Of a stretch of DNA of 64,000 bases, positions 25,491 to 38,508 are shown one piece after another; positions within the stretch are counted from its first letter, which is position 1, and the number at the start of each line of letters is the position of its first letter. The notes below the pieces were generated by a model. That model saw only the letters and a program-made list of their open reading frames with translations, made no database searches and was not told the DNA's origin. The stretch spans positions 186,001 to 250,000 of the forward strand of contig JBLDXI010000048.1 of assembly GCA_047495785.1 (NCBI GenBank), written 5' to 3'. The stretch comes from Lepidodermella squamata (taxonomy: Eukaryota; Animalia; Gastrotricha). A program made the position numbers and the translations under genes.

Positions 25491-28232
25491 TCACACTGCG
25501 TTGATTCTTTGGGCGGTTGGCACGCCGACTATGGTTCGATGCATGATCGGATTACGCAAAGGGGATAAGAAAACAGACAGGCCGACAGCGAGTGCATATA
25601 TCAAGCAGACAACTGCTACTACAAGAATTTGCGCATTCACGAACGGACTACTTTCAAGGAGAAAAACGATAGCTACCCCGCTGAGGAGAAGCGTAATCGC
25701 AATGATGATAGCCAACATCGCAGGTTTGAAAACGGCTCCATTGGCAACGTTTTCTCGCTTGATCAAATCCGCAGTAGCCATGGTTGCAACGAGACCGACT
25801 ACCAAAATTGCGACGTCGATTACTAACAAAGCTGCAATGAAATATATCTGATTGGTTGAAACACAAGAAATTCGACGGCTCTCCAAATAAGCATCGGAGT
25901 CGTAATCGTAAATTGGCGCTGTACCAAATGCATCTTGGTTCACCTCTCTCAAGGGTTCAGCTGCAAACCAGGCAGAAATTACGGCCAAATGAAGAGCAAA
26001 TGCGATTCCTGTCGATAGAAATACGTGCTTGTTTTTCGCGTCAGCTCTTATAATCATTTTTGGTACAACTTTCACTTTGTTACTTCCAACGCTCGCAGTG
26101 CGACCAACTCTTATAGAACCAGTCGATGCCCCTCGTTTCAATACAGGTTTTGAAGGAGCCTTGGGCACGGAGAGCATTTTTACCAGAGACAGTCTTTTGT
26201 GGACGATTGACATATTTGCGCTGATTATGAATCCTGTCAGACTTCCATGGATTAGGGGAAGTCCCAATCCGAGGAAAACAACCCGGAAGTAGCAAATTGC
26301 TGAGCTGCCTTGAGACACAAACAAAGCTGCAGCTGCATTGATGAGAACCAAGCCCAGAGAGACAATGAGTCGGTTATATTGCTTATCGATCAAAAAGACC
26401 TTTGCTGAAGCGATTACCTGCAATGATAGATAATAGTTGAATGATAGATAATAGTAATAATTTCTCCTCAGTTTTCATACATATTATGGGTTTATGGGGA
26501 AAATTATAGTGAGAGATACTGTCTTCGCGGTTCTCTACGAGAAACAAAAATTGTGGGTAGCCTCGTGGTAATTAGCTACGCCCACCGCCAGCTACAACAC
26601 TTCGTGAAACTTGAAGGTTTGAGATACTCTTGACAAATATGCGCTCTACTAATGATCCGATACGGGCATTAAACTAGAAAGGGAGATAAAAACCATAACT
26701 TGCACTTACAGTCATAATAGCAAAAGTGACGGCAAGTGCAGCGATGACTCCTGTTACCGATGTTGGCATATTTCCGAAATCTACCAGAAGCTTAGCTGAA
26801 TCGCGGGGAAGAACTTGAGGCAGTGCCAGGAACTGTTCCGAAACATATGAAGAGACATTGATTATATCTTCATTGACGCATGTCACTTGATGCGTGACTA
26901 CCAATCGAGAATCTCGAGGTGACCAATACGCCACTGACTGAGGTTCGAAATCATATTCCCCTCGGGATGAATATTTGAACTTCCCATAGCGTAAATTCCC
27001 AAAGTCCAACTTCTTTGCGCTGTTGTTGGCCATCATCATGACTTCATACGGACGGGTTTTATAGTCTCGTAGAGACATGTTTCTTTTCTCGAGAACTCTT
27101 TCCGTCTCATTCAGAATCATGATGGCTGTCAAGATACGATCATAGCAGAGGTGGCGAAAATCCGAGTCAGCAGTAACCACGCCGCCAGTGTAATTGCTGA
27201 ACAGAGCCTCAAACTCGGGTAGGGTGTGACCAAGTGCTGTTCGGCCTGTCATGGGGCGAAGAGCGTCCACAGGTGAGCCAATAAAGTAAGTCATCTTGAA
27301 TTGCTCCAGAATGACCGTCCGATTGCAACCAGGCAATATCTCAAACGGTAGGGTTGTGACGTCGATGAAGCTCAAAAACTGGAAGATGAATAGGTACCTC
27401 GGCCCGGTCATCCCGAACTTGTAGGCTTGGCAGAGGAATTTCAACCCAGCAGCTGCCTCTGCAGTTTCCATAGCGAATACTCGAATGTCTCTCGCTTTCA
27501 ATGGTGCTATGAATTCATCACTGAAATCTAGGCTTCCTTCGAACGCTTGAACCTCAAACCCATTTGCTTGAGCAATTTTGTAGAAAAGATTGGCTGTTTC
27601 GTAGTTGAACGAGTTGCCATTATTGAAAATGATGCCGAGCTTCCTGATCTTGGTCTGAGTTTTCAGGAAATACAGCCTAGCGAAAATGGGCAGCTCAGCT
27701 GGCGATCGAATTCGGTACATGTTGGGGTAGAGGCCACGGCGAGCCGTTTGGACGGGGGAAGTGCAGGATCCTGCGATCATGAGCATGTTCATGTAGCCAG
27801 CTGTCCCACCCCATGCTTTGCAGGCTGGGGAGAGGAAAGGTCCCATTGTCACCGGAGACGCATAGACATCAGTCATTGCTTCGGTTCGGCGAGCGAATTC
27901 GATTGCTTGGCGAACTGCCTGAGCACCGCCAGGTCCTGGAAGATAACTTAACTAAACGCTAAAAAATATAGAGGATGGTGCATACCTTCGTTGACAAAGT
28001 CTAGTTCGATGTGGTAGTCTGGTAGGATGTCGCTTCGCTTGTTCACAATATCGGCAACCATTTGCTGAGCAGCTTGGCACATTTTGTTGTCTCGCGGCTC
28101 GTAGCCAGTCATCATGAGGATTGACAGCATGGACAGGCGATGAGGCTTCCGTTGGAAGAGGTTATCTTGCTGCTGTTGGCTAAAAGCCAGCCTAGCACAG
28201 CTGAGAACCAAAATTACTGACCTTGCAAGCAT
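25491..28232 (-). CDS. GABA-B-like class C GPCR, copy 1 (signal peptide, Venus flytrap, 7TM)
   Basis: Exons 28232-27986, 27935-26710, 26417-25491. VNKRSDILPDYHIEL and YPNMYR VFT motifs; no cysteine-rich domain; seven TM helices with ICYFR (TM3), W..EPL (TM4) and the ECL2 Cys. Confidence 0.9.
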
Positions 28233-29845
28233 CTTGTTAGTTAATGTACAATGGAAAATTCTCGTGTACTGTGAAATGTCTAGATGAAATCTTTTGGTCA
28301 ATTTAGATTTTATAGCTGAGCCTGTTACGCAGACCCGTGTCACCGATTAGCCTGCCGTGTTGATCGCCCGATCCAGGCTAATCTGGGATCTCACTCTCGC
28401 TTGAATATTAAGTCTTGTACATGACGTCAATGCCTTTCCATGGAAATAACAAATGCGTCACAACCATGTTTTCCGTAGGTGCACCAGGTTATTATGATGA
28501 TGCTGTGAATTCTTTTGAAGTTTGCAGTAGCATACATCTATTTTGGTGGATAATAAGCGTGTGAGAGAGAAGATTGAATATCCACCTCTAAGACGAAACA
28601 TGCCGTGGAATAGCTGAGGTAATGTTTCTGAGAATTCATCACGATCCAAAGCTCTGTTGAAATTTCGATTTTGAAACGCCAACATGCCACAGACGTTCTG
28701 TTTCTAGTTCTAACAGAAATATAACAGAAATATCGAAGTGCGTGAGGTCGAATGTCCGAGACGAACAATACAGCAACTCGACATTCCTTTGATTTTCTTT
28801 CCCTCTGCCTTTCGATGACAGAGGACGGGTCAATCACTGCACATAAAAACAATAAATTTAAATTTCAAATCGTCGTGCCTTCATAATTGTCTTTTGAAAA
28901 AGACAATACTTGTCCAATTGAAATATACACGATACCTTATCATAAACTGGACAAATAGAGAAATGATTGGTAGAATCGTTAAATGAAAGTGATATTTGCA
29001 CTACGAACATTTATAATAGGAATTTCGACTGGCTGCCAAGGGTGGAAATTACACGCACACAATTGTCAAATCGGGATATATATCGATTAGGCATGATAAA
29101 TGAGGCATACACTCTGAGGAAGACTTGTAACTCAAACACATATTTAGAAAGCTCTGAAAGCCCGAACGTTCAAGTCTCAAGATGTGCACTTTCATCAACG
29201 CGAACCTAAATCAACGAATTTCAGAGGGCAATTTCTTTCGCGTTTCTCTCCTCCTTACCCCCTATTGTTGGATTCAAATTCAACTTCATCTCCCAATCGC
29301 GTGCTACGAATCGCAGATGTGAGCATGAATGTATGATGGTGTTTCTGGATTGGGTTTCTTATGCGTTTTTCGGATGAAATGAGCAGGGCTCAGCTCGAAG
29401 TCCATCTAACCACGCTAAGCAATATGTGGGCTAGGCATAATTGACCGTTTTCCATATCTTTCTTGTCATTTAATTATCAATTATTTCTTGTCATTCACTA
29501 TCTCTATTTTAGGGTACACATTGATTGTCACTGAAAAGATACCCAAAGATACGCCTTCAGACGAATAACCTCAATTTTTTAGATACAGCGCGTTGCTATT
29601 AAAGTAAACCTTGCCCTCCAATCACATAGTTAATTCACATCGCTAAGAAAGATTTCTTGGGCTTTCACCGTCATTTAAAATCTTATGAAAAAGCAAAAAT
29701 TGTTTACTGGACAAAAAATAAACCAAATAAAAAACCTTGAAAAACCTTGCAGCTATCATGAGTAGTCTTGACCCATCAAGGTCTTGCGTCTACAAAATGA
29801 TTGTCAATACCACAAAGCAAAAAGAATTGCGTTTTAAATCGCTGA

Positions 29846-32384
29846 TCAAGCGATATTTGAAGAAGATCGCCGAGCTGCGGCTGCTAGACGCATTGGTGGT
29901 ACAAACACAGCGGTTCCGATAGCAAACGAATATATCAGACAAAATGCAGCGATAGAAATGACAACGGTATTAGCACCAGTTTGAAGCACAAAAGCACAAG
30001 CGACGCCACAAACGAACAGCGAAACAGCGAGAAGAAGCCCGATCATCGCCGGTTTCACAATAAAGTCGTTCGCTACATTGAAACGCTTAATCAGCTGGCT
30101 AGTATGGCCCGTTGCTAGGAGCCCAGCCACCAGCAAGATGAGATCAATGAGTAAAATCGCCAAGATGAAATAGATCTGTCTAGGCGATTCACAGACAATT
30201 TTCCTCGTAGCGACATTAACATCCTGTATGGGATCGTAGATCGAGACTGCAGATCCAGGTTCTTGGGTGAACTCGCGCAATCTATCGAAAAAGAACCACG
30301 CTGCTAGTACGACTACGTGCAGCGCTAGAGAAATTCCAGTGACAATATTGACGAAAGAGCTGTTGACTTCAACATTGATTTTCAGCTTGGAAACAATGGC
30401 TCTTCGTTGCTGACCGTTGCTTGACGTTCGCGAGATTTTCCCTGCCTGTTGGTCAGATGGAACTGATGGGGTCTTGCCTACTGATATGCGAAAGAATCTC
30501 CCCTGCTGCATTTGGTCTGACTGGACTGATGGCGACTTCCCAAAGCTCTGGATCGACTGTATCGACCGCCTTTTTTTAGAAATTGATCGAGCGGCTCCAA
30601 ATATGAACCCTGTCAGGCTGCCGTGAACCAAGGAAATTCCGATCGCGAGAGAAGCGGCTCTAGCGTAGCATAATGCCGTGCTACCTTGGGAAACGAAAAG
30701 AGCCGCTGAAAAATCGATCAGAATCAAGCCAACCGCGACGAATAGCCGACTTGATTGCTTATCGTGAAGATTGACCTTGATCACAAGAATAACCTTAAGA
30801 AAAAAAAATATTAGATGCATGGTGAATATTAAAAGGGGATACACACCTTCAGAATAGCTAATATGCCAGATGAAACTGCGATTACTGCAGTTACCACGGT
30901 AGAAATAGTGCCCAAATTGATGACTGAAGCCGATGAGTCATTGGGCAAAGCTCGTGGTAGAGGCAAGAATTGCTCGGCGACGTATGATGTTATGTTGGTG
31001 ATATCATCGTCCACGCAAGTCACTTGATGGGTGACCACTAGGTGTGATACACTCTGCGACCAATAGGCCACGGATTGAGGCTCAAAGTCATATTCCGCCC
31101 TTGACGAGTATTTGAATCTTCCGTATCGTAGATTGCCGAAATCTAAGCGCCGTGCGCTTTCGTTAGCGACCATCATGACTTCATATGGCTTGGTCTTATA
31201 GTCTCGAAGGGACATGTTTTTTCTTCCTAGAACTCCCTCTGTCTCATTCAGAATCATGATGGCTGTCAAGATGCGATCGTAACAGAGGTGGCGAAAGTCC
31301 GAGTCAGCAGTAACCACGCCGCCAGTGTAATTGCTGAACAGAGCCTCAAACTCGGGTAGGGTGTGACCAAGTGCTGTTCGGCCTGTCATGGGGCGAAGAG
31401 CGTCCACAGGTGAGCCAATAAAGTAAGTCATCTTGAATTGCTCCAGAATGACCGTCCGATTGCAACCAGGCGATATCTCAAACGGTAGGGTTGTGACGTC
31501 GATGAAGCTCAAAAACTGGAAGATGAATAGGTACCTCGGCCCGGTCATCCCGAACTTGTAGGCTTGGCAGAGGAATTTCAACCCAGCAGCTGCCTCTGCA
31601 GTTTCCATAGCGAATACTCGAATGTCTCTCGCTTTCAATGGTGCTATGAATTCATCACTGAAATCTAGGCTTCCTTCGAACGCTTGAACCTCAAACCCAT
31701 TTGCTTGAGCAATTTTGTAGAAAAGATTGGCTGTTTCGTAGTTGAACGAGTTGCCATTATTGAAAATGATGCCGAGCTTCCTGATCTTGGTCTGAGTTTT
31801 CAGGAAATACAGCCTAGCGAAAATGGGCAGCTCAGCTGGCGATCGAATTCGGTACATGTTGGGGTAGAGGCCACGGCGAGCCGTTTGGACGGGGGAAGTG
31901 CAGGATCCTGCGATCATGAGCATGTTCATGTAGCCAGCTGTCCCACCCCATGCTTTGCAGGCTGGGGAGAGGAAAGGTCCCATTGTCACCGGAGACGCAT
32001 AGACATCAGTCATTGCTTCGGTTCGGCGAGCGAACTCGATTGCTTGGCGAACGGCCTGGGCTCCACCGGGTCCTTTTCAAACAAGAAACGATGAACAGAA
32101 GAATCGACAAAATTATTATACTCACCTTCGTTGACAAAGTCTAGTTCGATGTGGTAGTCTGGTAGGATGTCGCTTCGCTTGTTCACAATATCGGCAACCA
32201 TTTGCTGAGCAGCTTGGCACATTTTGTTGTCTCGCGGCTCGTATCCAGTCATCATTAGTATCGAAAGCATGGACAGACGATGAGGCTTCCGTTGGAAACT
32301 CGTTCCACTTTGCAGCTGGCCATTGACCTCGGCGATGAGGCTGAGTAAGGCCAGACCATATAGCGCTTGTGTTAGAAAAAACAT
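29846..32384 (-). CDS. GABA-B-like class C GPCR, copy 2
   Basis: Exons 32384-32126, 32072-30847, 30793-29846; same architecture and intron positions as copy 1. Confidence 0.9.
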
Positions 32385-32837
32385 TTTTGATATGAAAAAA
32401 TCGCAAATTCAAGTTTTCAAATATCGAAAAAGCGCACACCTTAAATAGCTGATAAAACGCAGCATTTGCGTCAGAGGTCTGGTCAAAATTAGCAGAGTGA
32501 GTTTCAGCACATATTTCTTGATGCATGTTGGTGCCTGAATACCCTGGTCGTTATAGTATTCAACAGTTTCTTCAGTTTAGAGCCCAAGCGAGTAAAATTA
32601 GCTCATCCATGCGGTGATGTTACTTGATTCGAAAATAACTTCGCGCGTGCGTCGGTGAGTTTACGTAAGACTGCGCGAAATATGCACCGAGATCAGCAAG
32701 CAATGACGTCAAATCAAGTTTTCAAAGTAGCTCGCCAACATTTTTCCACGTAACATCAACGCATTTGACAACGCAAACACGCCAAGTAACATGATATAGG
32801 CGAGTCCGGAGTGGTCGAGTTAGCATCTAGAAGTAAT

Positions 32838-32851
32838 GTTGCCTAGACAAC
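32838..32851. promoter_or_regulatory. RFX X-box candidate upstream of GPCR copy 2
   Basis: GTTGCCTAGACAAC within the palindrome ATGTTG..CAACAT, about 450 bp upstream of the ATG. Confidence 0.4.
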
Positions 32852-33097
32852 ATCATGGACATGGTAGTCGGGACATGGTAGCAATTTCAAAATATTCAAC
32901 CACAGTTGAAATGTCAGTTTATCTCCTTTTTGAATTTAGAATTGCATTATAATAAAATAATCCAATTCGATAAAATGATATTAATTCTACCTAAGTACTT
33001 ATTTTAGACAAAATGTTGTCGATAGTTCAATTATAGCATAAGTATTAGCTCGCTGCTATGAAGACATTTTACTTTGAAACCGGCGAAAATACCATTA

Positions 33098-33483
33098 CAG
33101 TGAAAGTTGTCTAAACCGGACTGGGGTCACGCAAGGCGGTTTAGACGAAGTCCGGATAATTTTATAGCGAATGAAGTCTGGACTGGGAAATATAAGGGGA
33201 ACAAAGTAATTTTTTTTTCAAGTTTTATGAACTTTAAAGTCATTCGAGTCATACCTTTCCACTTTTGAACTACATAGACCCTCGTCGCTAGATCCGGGAT
33301 GATGGGCCGATTGAAAATTCGCAAATTTTTCGAAGTGTCTCATGCCTTACAGGTGCCGTCATTTTCCATGCGCTATTGAGCCCGGTTTAGACAGTAAAAT
33401 TATAACGGAAACTCCACACTTTCGGATCGAGCCACCCGACAACGTCCGGTTTAGAGATAGTCCGGTTTGACAACTTTCACTTT
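33098..33483. mobile_element. MITE, Tc1/pogo-type
   Basis: Terminal inverted repeats TA-CAGTGAAAGTTGTCTAAACCGGACT and AGTCCGGTTTGACAACTTTCACT, with internal CCGGTTTAGA sub-repeats and no ORF. Confidence 0.8.
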
Positions 33484-34987
33484 GGCTCTTTCACGGCCGA
33501 ATTTTTTATCTCTGGAAGAATAAATATTTGACATCATTTCTAGTGGTTTTCGAAGGCCCTGATCACGATTTTGAAGCCTGCTTGCGTCTATCTATCACTG
33601 TTAAGACTTTTGCGGTGACAGCGGCAGAGACATTCGATTTTTCGAAATTGGCCCTCCAATATATACCGAGAAACGAATCAATAATTTTGTTTTCTAGACC
33701 TGGAGGCTGCCGTGATTATCACAAAAAATGCGGGAATAATCAACTTGCAAAGTGGCTAAATGGATAGTAATTAATAAATCTAAAATGAATAACAGAAACC
33801 TGTCAATTGTTTTGGAATGAATCCAGCAATATAATATATAATCTGTGATAATTTTTGTTTCACATTCTCTGGAAAATTTCAGCATAAGCTACCGTGGGAT
33901 TGTTTCGCGTTTTATCGAAAGCCTGTGTTAAAGACGAATTTCAAATAGTACAAAGACTGAGTATCAATTTTCTATGAAGACTATCAAGTTATCTTTCGAA
34001 TAAAGGGAATGAGTTATGATTGCCTTACCATAGGCGTCCTAAGAAATGATACTCCGCGTTCCCCAGGCATCATAATAAAGTTCAGCGAGCTGCGAATCGC
34101 TAAATTTAACTAATTTACGCCCATAGTCAATCGTCTAGGGTCTACGGCAGCTGCCTAATGACGGAGTGGTGACGCAAAAATCATGATCATTTACGCAAAC
34201 GTCTGTTGCGAGCAACGTCAGTGGACTGCTTAAAGTCGCTATATCCATAGCTGCTATGGGACTTCTTACGCAGGTACGCAGGTACCTGTCTTTTTTTGCT
34301 AGCGTTTAGTATTTCATGTCGAGGAGAATGGTAACATAGGTAATTAAATGAACGCTGAGAACACTCAAAATTTACCTGCTATTTATATGCAGCTGGTGCG
34401 AAGAATAATGAACGTGATTGGAGCACAACTTTTGAAGAGTGACACAGCAAGAAGCAAGTAAGGCCTCTTGGTTATTCGCTATACGATACAGCTGATGCGA
34501 TACGATTTCATCAGCTAAGCAGTTGAATGTTCATCTGTTCGATTGGTGCAAATTGAAAAATTGAAAAATTGAAAATTTGTAAATTTCAACTTTTCTACTT
34601 TTGGGTCTTTGACAGCTTTTAGAATGTTCAGCGAGTCGTGAACTCCTATTTACGATGGCTGAGCCAGACAGCTACAATAAGCTAAAGCTGTCAGGTGGAT
34701 ACAGCAACCATTCGCAACTTCATTGCACCCTTGTACCCCTTATTGTAGATATTTGATATTTTTAGCATTGATGGAAGTTAGTAAGAAGACATAAGTTATT
34801 AGCTATCAAATCGCAGATTGCAGGAAACCTTTGAGTTTTCAGTTTCAAGTTTCACCCTCGGATATTGTGCGCTGTACGCAAAATGTTTCACTTGCTGCTA
34901 CAAAGCGATACTTATAGACAGTTCCATTTAGGACTTTTTATTTTTAGATAAATGTTGAACACGGCTGAACCGGTAAGCACTTATGGA

Positions 34988-37456
34988 TCAGCTTGCAGTT
35001 TGATTTCGATGTTCAACTGATCCATTATCAGTTTCGGGTTTCAGCTTTCTAGCTGTAGCAGGAATAAAAACAGCGAATGAGTAAACTAAACAAATCGCCG
35101 AGATAAATGTTGTAACAGTATTCCCACGACTGCTGTTTTGAAGAATGAATACGATAGCAACGCCGCCGATGAAGAGCGACACAGCGACTATATTTGCAAC
35201 GAACATCGGCTTGATTTGATACACGTTATGGATTTGTTGCGATTTTACCAAGGGAGCAGTTGAGAAAGTGGCGAGTAGACCGATAAGTAGCATGGCCATG
35301 TCCACGACAATTAAAATCGTAACGTATATCGACTGATTATCTGAAATACAGTTGATGCTTCTAATTCCGAAGTACGCATCCTGCCTGAAGTCGTAGGCCA
35401 AAGCTAAGCGATCCAAGTCTTGCATTAATTCGGACAGAGTTTCAGTTAGAAACCAAGTAAGGATTATGATCAGATGAGTAGCTATCGAAATCCCAACTAC
35501 GAGACAGACAAACTTGCTGCTAATGTCGACTTTAATTTTGGATTTCGCTTCAACATTTTTCCGCTCAAGGTTGTGACTAGACGTTCTGTAGGCTGCGATA
35601 TGAGTTGATGGCCGAACTTGGATTAGTGGGTGCCTCTTAGCTGTAAGCGATCGTCTCGCGCTAAAAATGAACCCAACAAGGGTTCCATGGGCTATGGCGA
35701 GTCCAATCGCAAGGAAGAAGACTCGAGCGTAGCAAATCGACGAGCTACCTTGTGACACGAACAAAACTGCTGCTAGGTCGACATACACCAATGAGACGCA
35801 GATGAGAATGCGGCTCGGGCTTTTGTGATTCGCGTGGGCTCTAATTGCCAAAATTACCTTGGGTTAGAATTTTGCAATATTAAATAAGCGAACTTCAGAC
35901 GGAAAAGCGGTCATACCTTTGCGAGGGCAAGAATAAGTGCTAGAACTGATATCGCAGCTGTTGATGAGATCGGAATCGTATCAAACTGAATGATAAGTTT
36001 TGCCGCGTCTTGAGGCAATGGGTAGGGTAATTGGAGGAACTCAATGGCTGCGTATGAAGAAATGTTCGTGATGTTATCGCTGATACATGAAACCTGATGC
36101 GTGACAAGTAATCTTGAGGCATCAGCAGACCAAAACGCAACCGATTGAGGTTCGAAATCGTACTCAACCCTAGACGAGTATTTGAATTTTCCATAGCGTA
36201 GATTGCCGAAATCTAAGTGCCTTGCACTTTCGTTAGCGACCATCATAACCTCATACGGCTTTGTCTTGTAATCTCGTAGAGACATGTTTCTACTCTGTAG
36301 ATTCGTTTCAGTCTGATTGAGGATCATTATAGCGGTAAGAATGCGATCGTAGCAGAGATGACGGAAGTCTGAATCTGGAGATACAACGCCACCAGTGTAA
36401 TTGCTAAACAAAGCCTCAAACTCGGGCGAAGTGTGACCAAGAGCAGTTAGACCGGTCATAGGCCTAAGAGAGTCCAGAGGTGATCCGATGAAGTAGGTCA
36501 TCTTGAACTGCTCCAGTACAACAGTCCGGTTACATCCAGCAGAAATATTGAAAGGTAGCGTTGTTATATCGATAAAGCTCAACAGCTGGAAAATGAACAG
36601 GTACCTTGGTCCTGTCATTCCAAGCTTGTAGGCTTGACATAAAAATTTCAAACCCGCAGCTGCTTCAGCAGTTTCCATTGTAAACACGCGAATATCTCTT
36701 GCTTTCAACGGCGCCATGAATTCATCGCTGAAATCAAGACTTCCTTCGAACGCTTGTATTTCGAACCCGTTAGCCTGGGCGATTTTATAGAAAAGATTGG
36801 CTGTCTCATAATTGTAAGAATTCCCATTGTTGAAAATGATACCCAGCTTCCTGATCTTGGTCTGAGACTTTAGGAAATATAGCCTTGCAAATATCGGAAG
36901 CTCAGCTGGCGATCGAATTCGGTACATGTTGGGGTAGAGGCCACGGCGAGCCGTTTGGACGGGGGAAGTGCAGGATCCTGCGATCATGAGCATGTTCATG
37001 TATCCAGCTGTCCCACCCCATGCTTTGCAAGCCGGGGAGAGGAAAGGTCCCATTGTTACCGGAGACGCATAGACGTCAGTCATTGCTTCGGTTCGGCGAG
37101 CGAATTCGATTGCTTGGCGAACTGCTTGGGCTCCACCGGGTCCTTTCAAAAGAGAGTATAGTTGGCTTGGACAATTTATAGAAATGTATAATTTCCTCAC
37201 CTTCGTTGACGAAATCTAGTTCGATATGGTAGTCGGGCAGTATGTCGCTTCTATTGTTCACGATATCGGCAACCATTTGCTGAGCAGCCTGACACATTTT
37301 GTTGTCTCGCGGCTCGTAGCCAGTCATCATCAGTATTGATAGCATGGCTAAGTGATGACGCTTTACTTGATATGTCTCCTTATCAAGCCGGTCCATTTGG
37401 GATATACCCATTTCAATTGATAGCATCATGAAGACTGCCACTGCTCTGGAATTCAT
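34988..37456 (-). CDS. GABA-B-like class C GPCR, copy 3
   Basis: Exons 37456-37201, 37142-35917, 35857-34988; same architecture. Confidence 0.9.
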
Positions 37457-38181
37457 TTTACAAGGTTCGCGGTTTGGTTGATATCGAAAGTGAGCTTTTA
37501 GGTTGTAATCCTATGCAATCAAAAGCTGGGATATTTTACATTTTATTTATCTTTATTTGTTTATCGAGTTAGGGTTCCAGGAAAAAGAGGCAGTAAAATA
37601 TCATTGCGTTGGCGCAGTAAAATACAATTTTCTCCCTCCAGTTAAATATCACTTCCGATTTTTTCAATGTAATTTCGAAAACTAGCTTATGCCTAGTGAA
37701 GCCAGGATCGGTTAAATGCGCTTGAGAAATAATTTGAACTTGGGTGGTAAATTTGTTTCATATGCTTAGAGAATTCAATGCATGCTCATCGTGCGAAGTC
37801 CGCCGTATAAAAGCTCTTCGAAACAGGAAAATAGTTCCGAAAAAGTCGACTGCTTTAAGCACATTTGTTAATGCGGGGTTGACCTAGCTGGGCGATACAG
37901 CAGAAACTTTAACCTTATCCATACGACAGGTCTCAAATATCCTAGTAAAATCCATTATTCCCCATTAGAAATTCACATTTCATGCTTTTAGGCATTACTG
38001 CTGGGGAAGCTTTGTGGGAAACGGAAGGTATGTTTTTTTATATGCTGGAAAGCCTTGAAGGAATTGTTGAGTGTCTAATTTCAAAGAAATCTGCAGTGTT
38101 GAATTCATTTAATAAATTCCTATAAATCCTAAATAAAAGTTCGAAATGTGCATTTTGATTGCGCCCTGCAAGTAGAAGTAG

Positions 38182-38224
38182 CTTCTCACCGGATCATTTA
38201 TATTACAAATGATCCGGTGAGAAG
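38182..38224. repeat. Perfect 18-bp inverted repeat with 7-nt loop
   Basis: CTTCTCACCGGATCATTT-ATATTAC-AAATGATCCGGTGAGAAG. Confidence 0.9.
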
Positions 38225-38508
38225 AAACTATATGAAGCCAGCGGGACCTTTAGAATAAGAGTTATTATTTCCAAGAGTTCTTTAAATTAATCTAATGCAA
38301 CATTATTTTCTCAAAAGTTATTTATCGTCCGAATCCTTCAAGAGGAGATTCATTTGAACATTATTTGCACAACATAAATCATAAACTTGAATTTGTTTGC
38401 CGATCGGGAAAAGCCATGGAAATCAGGTGAAGATTCAGTCGTTTCTCGACGATTGTTGGGCAGGGGATACCTTACGCAGGCTTATAGTAATGTGATTCTC
38501 TAAATGAT

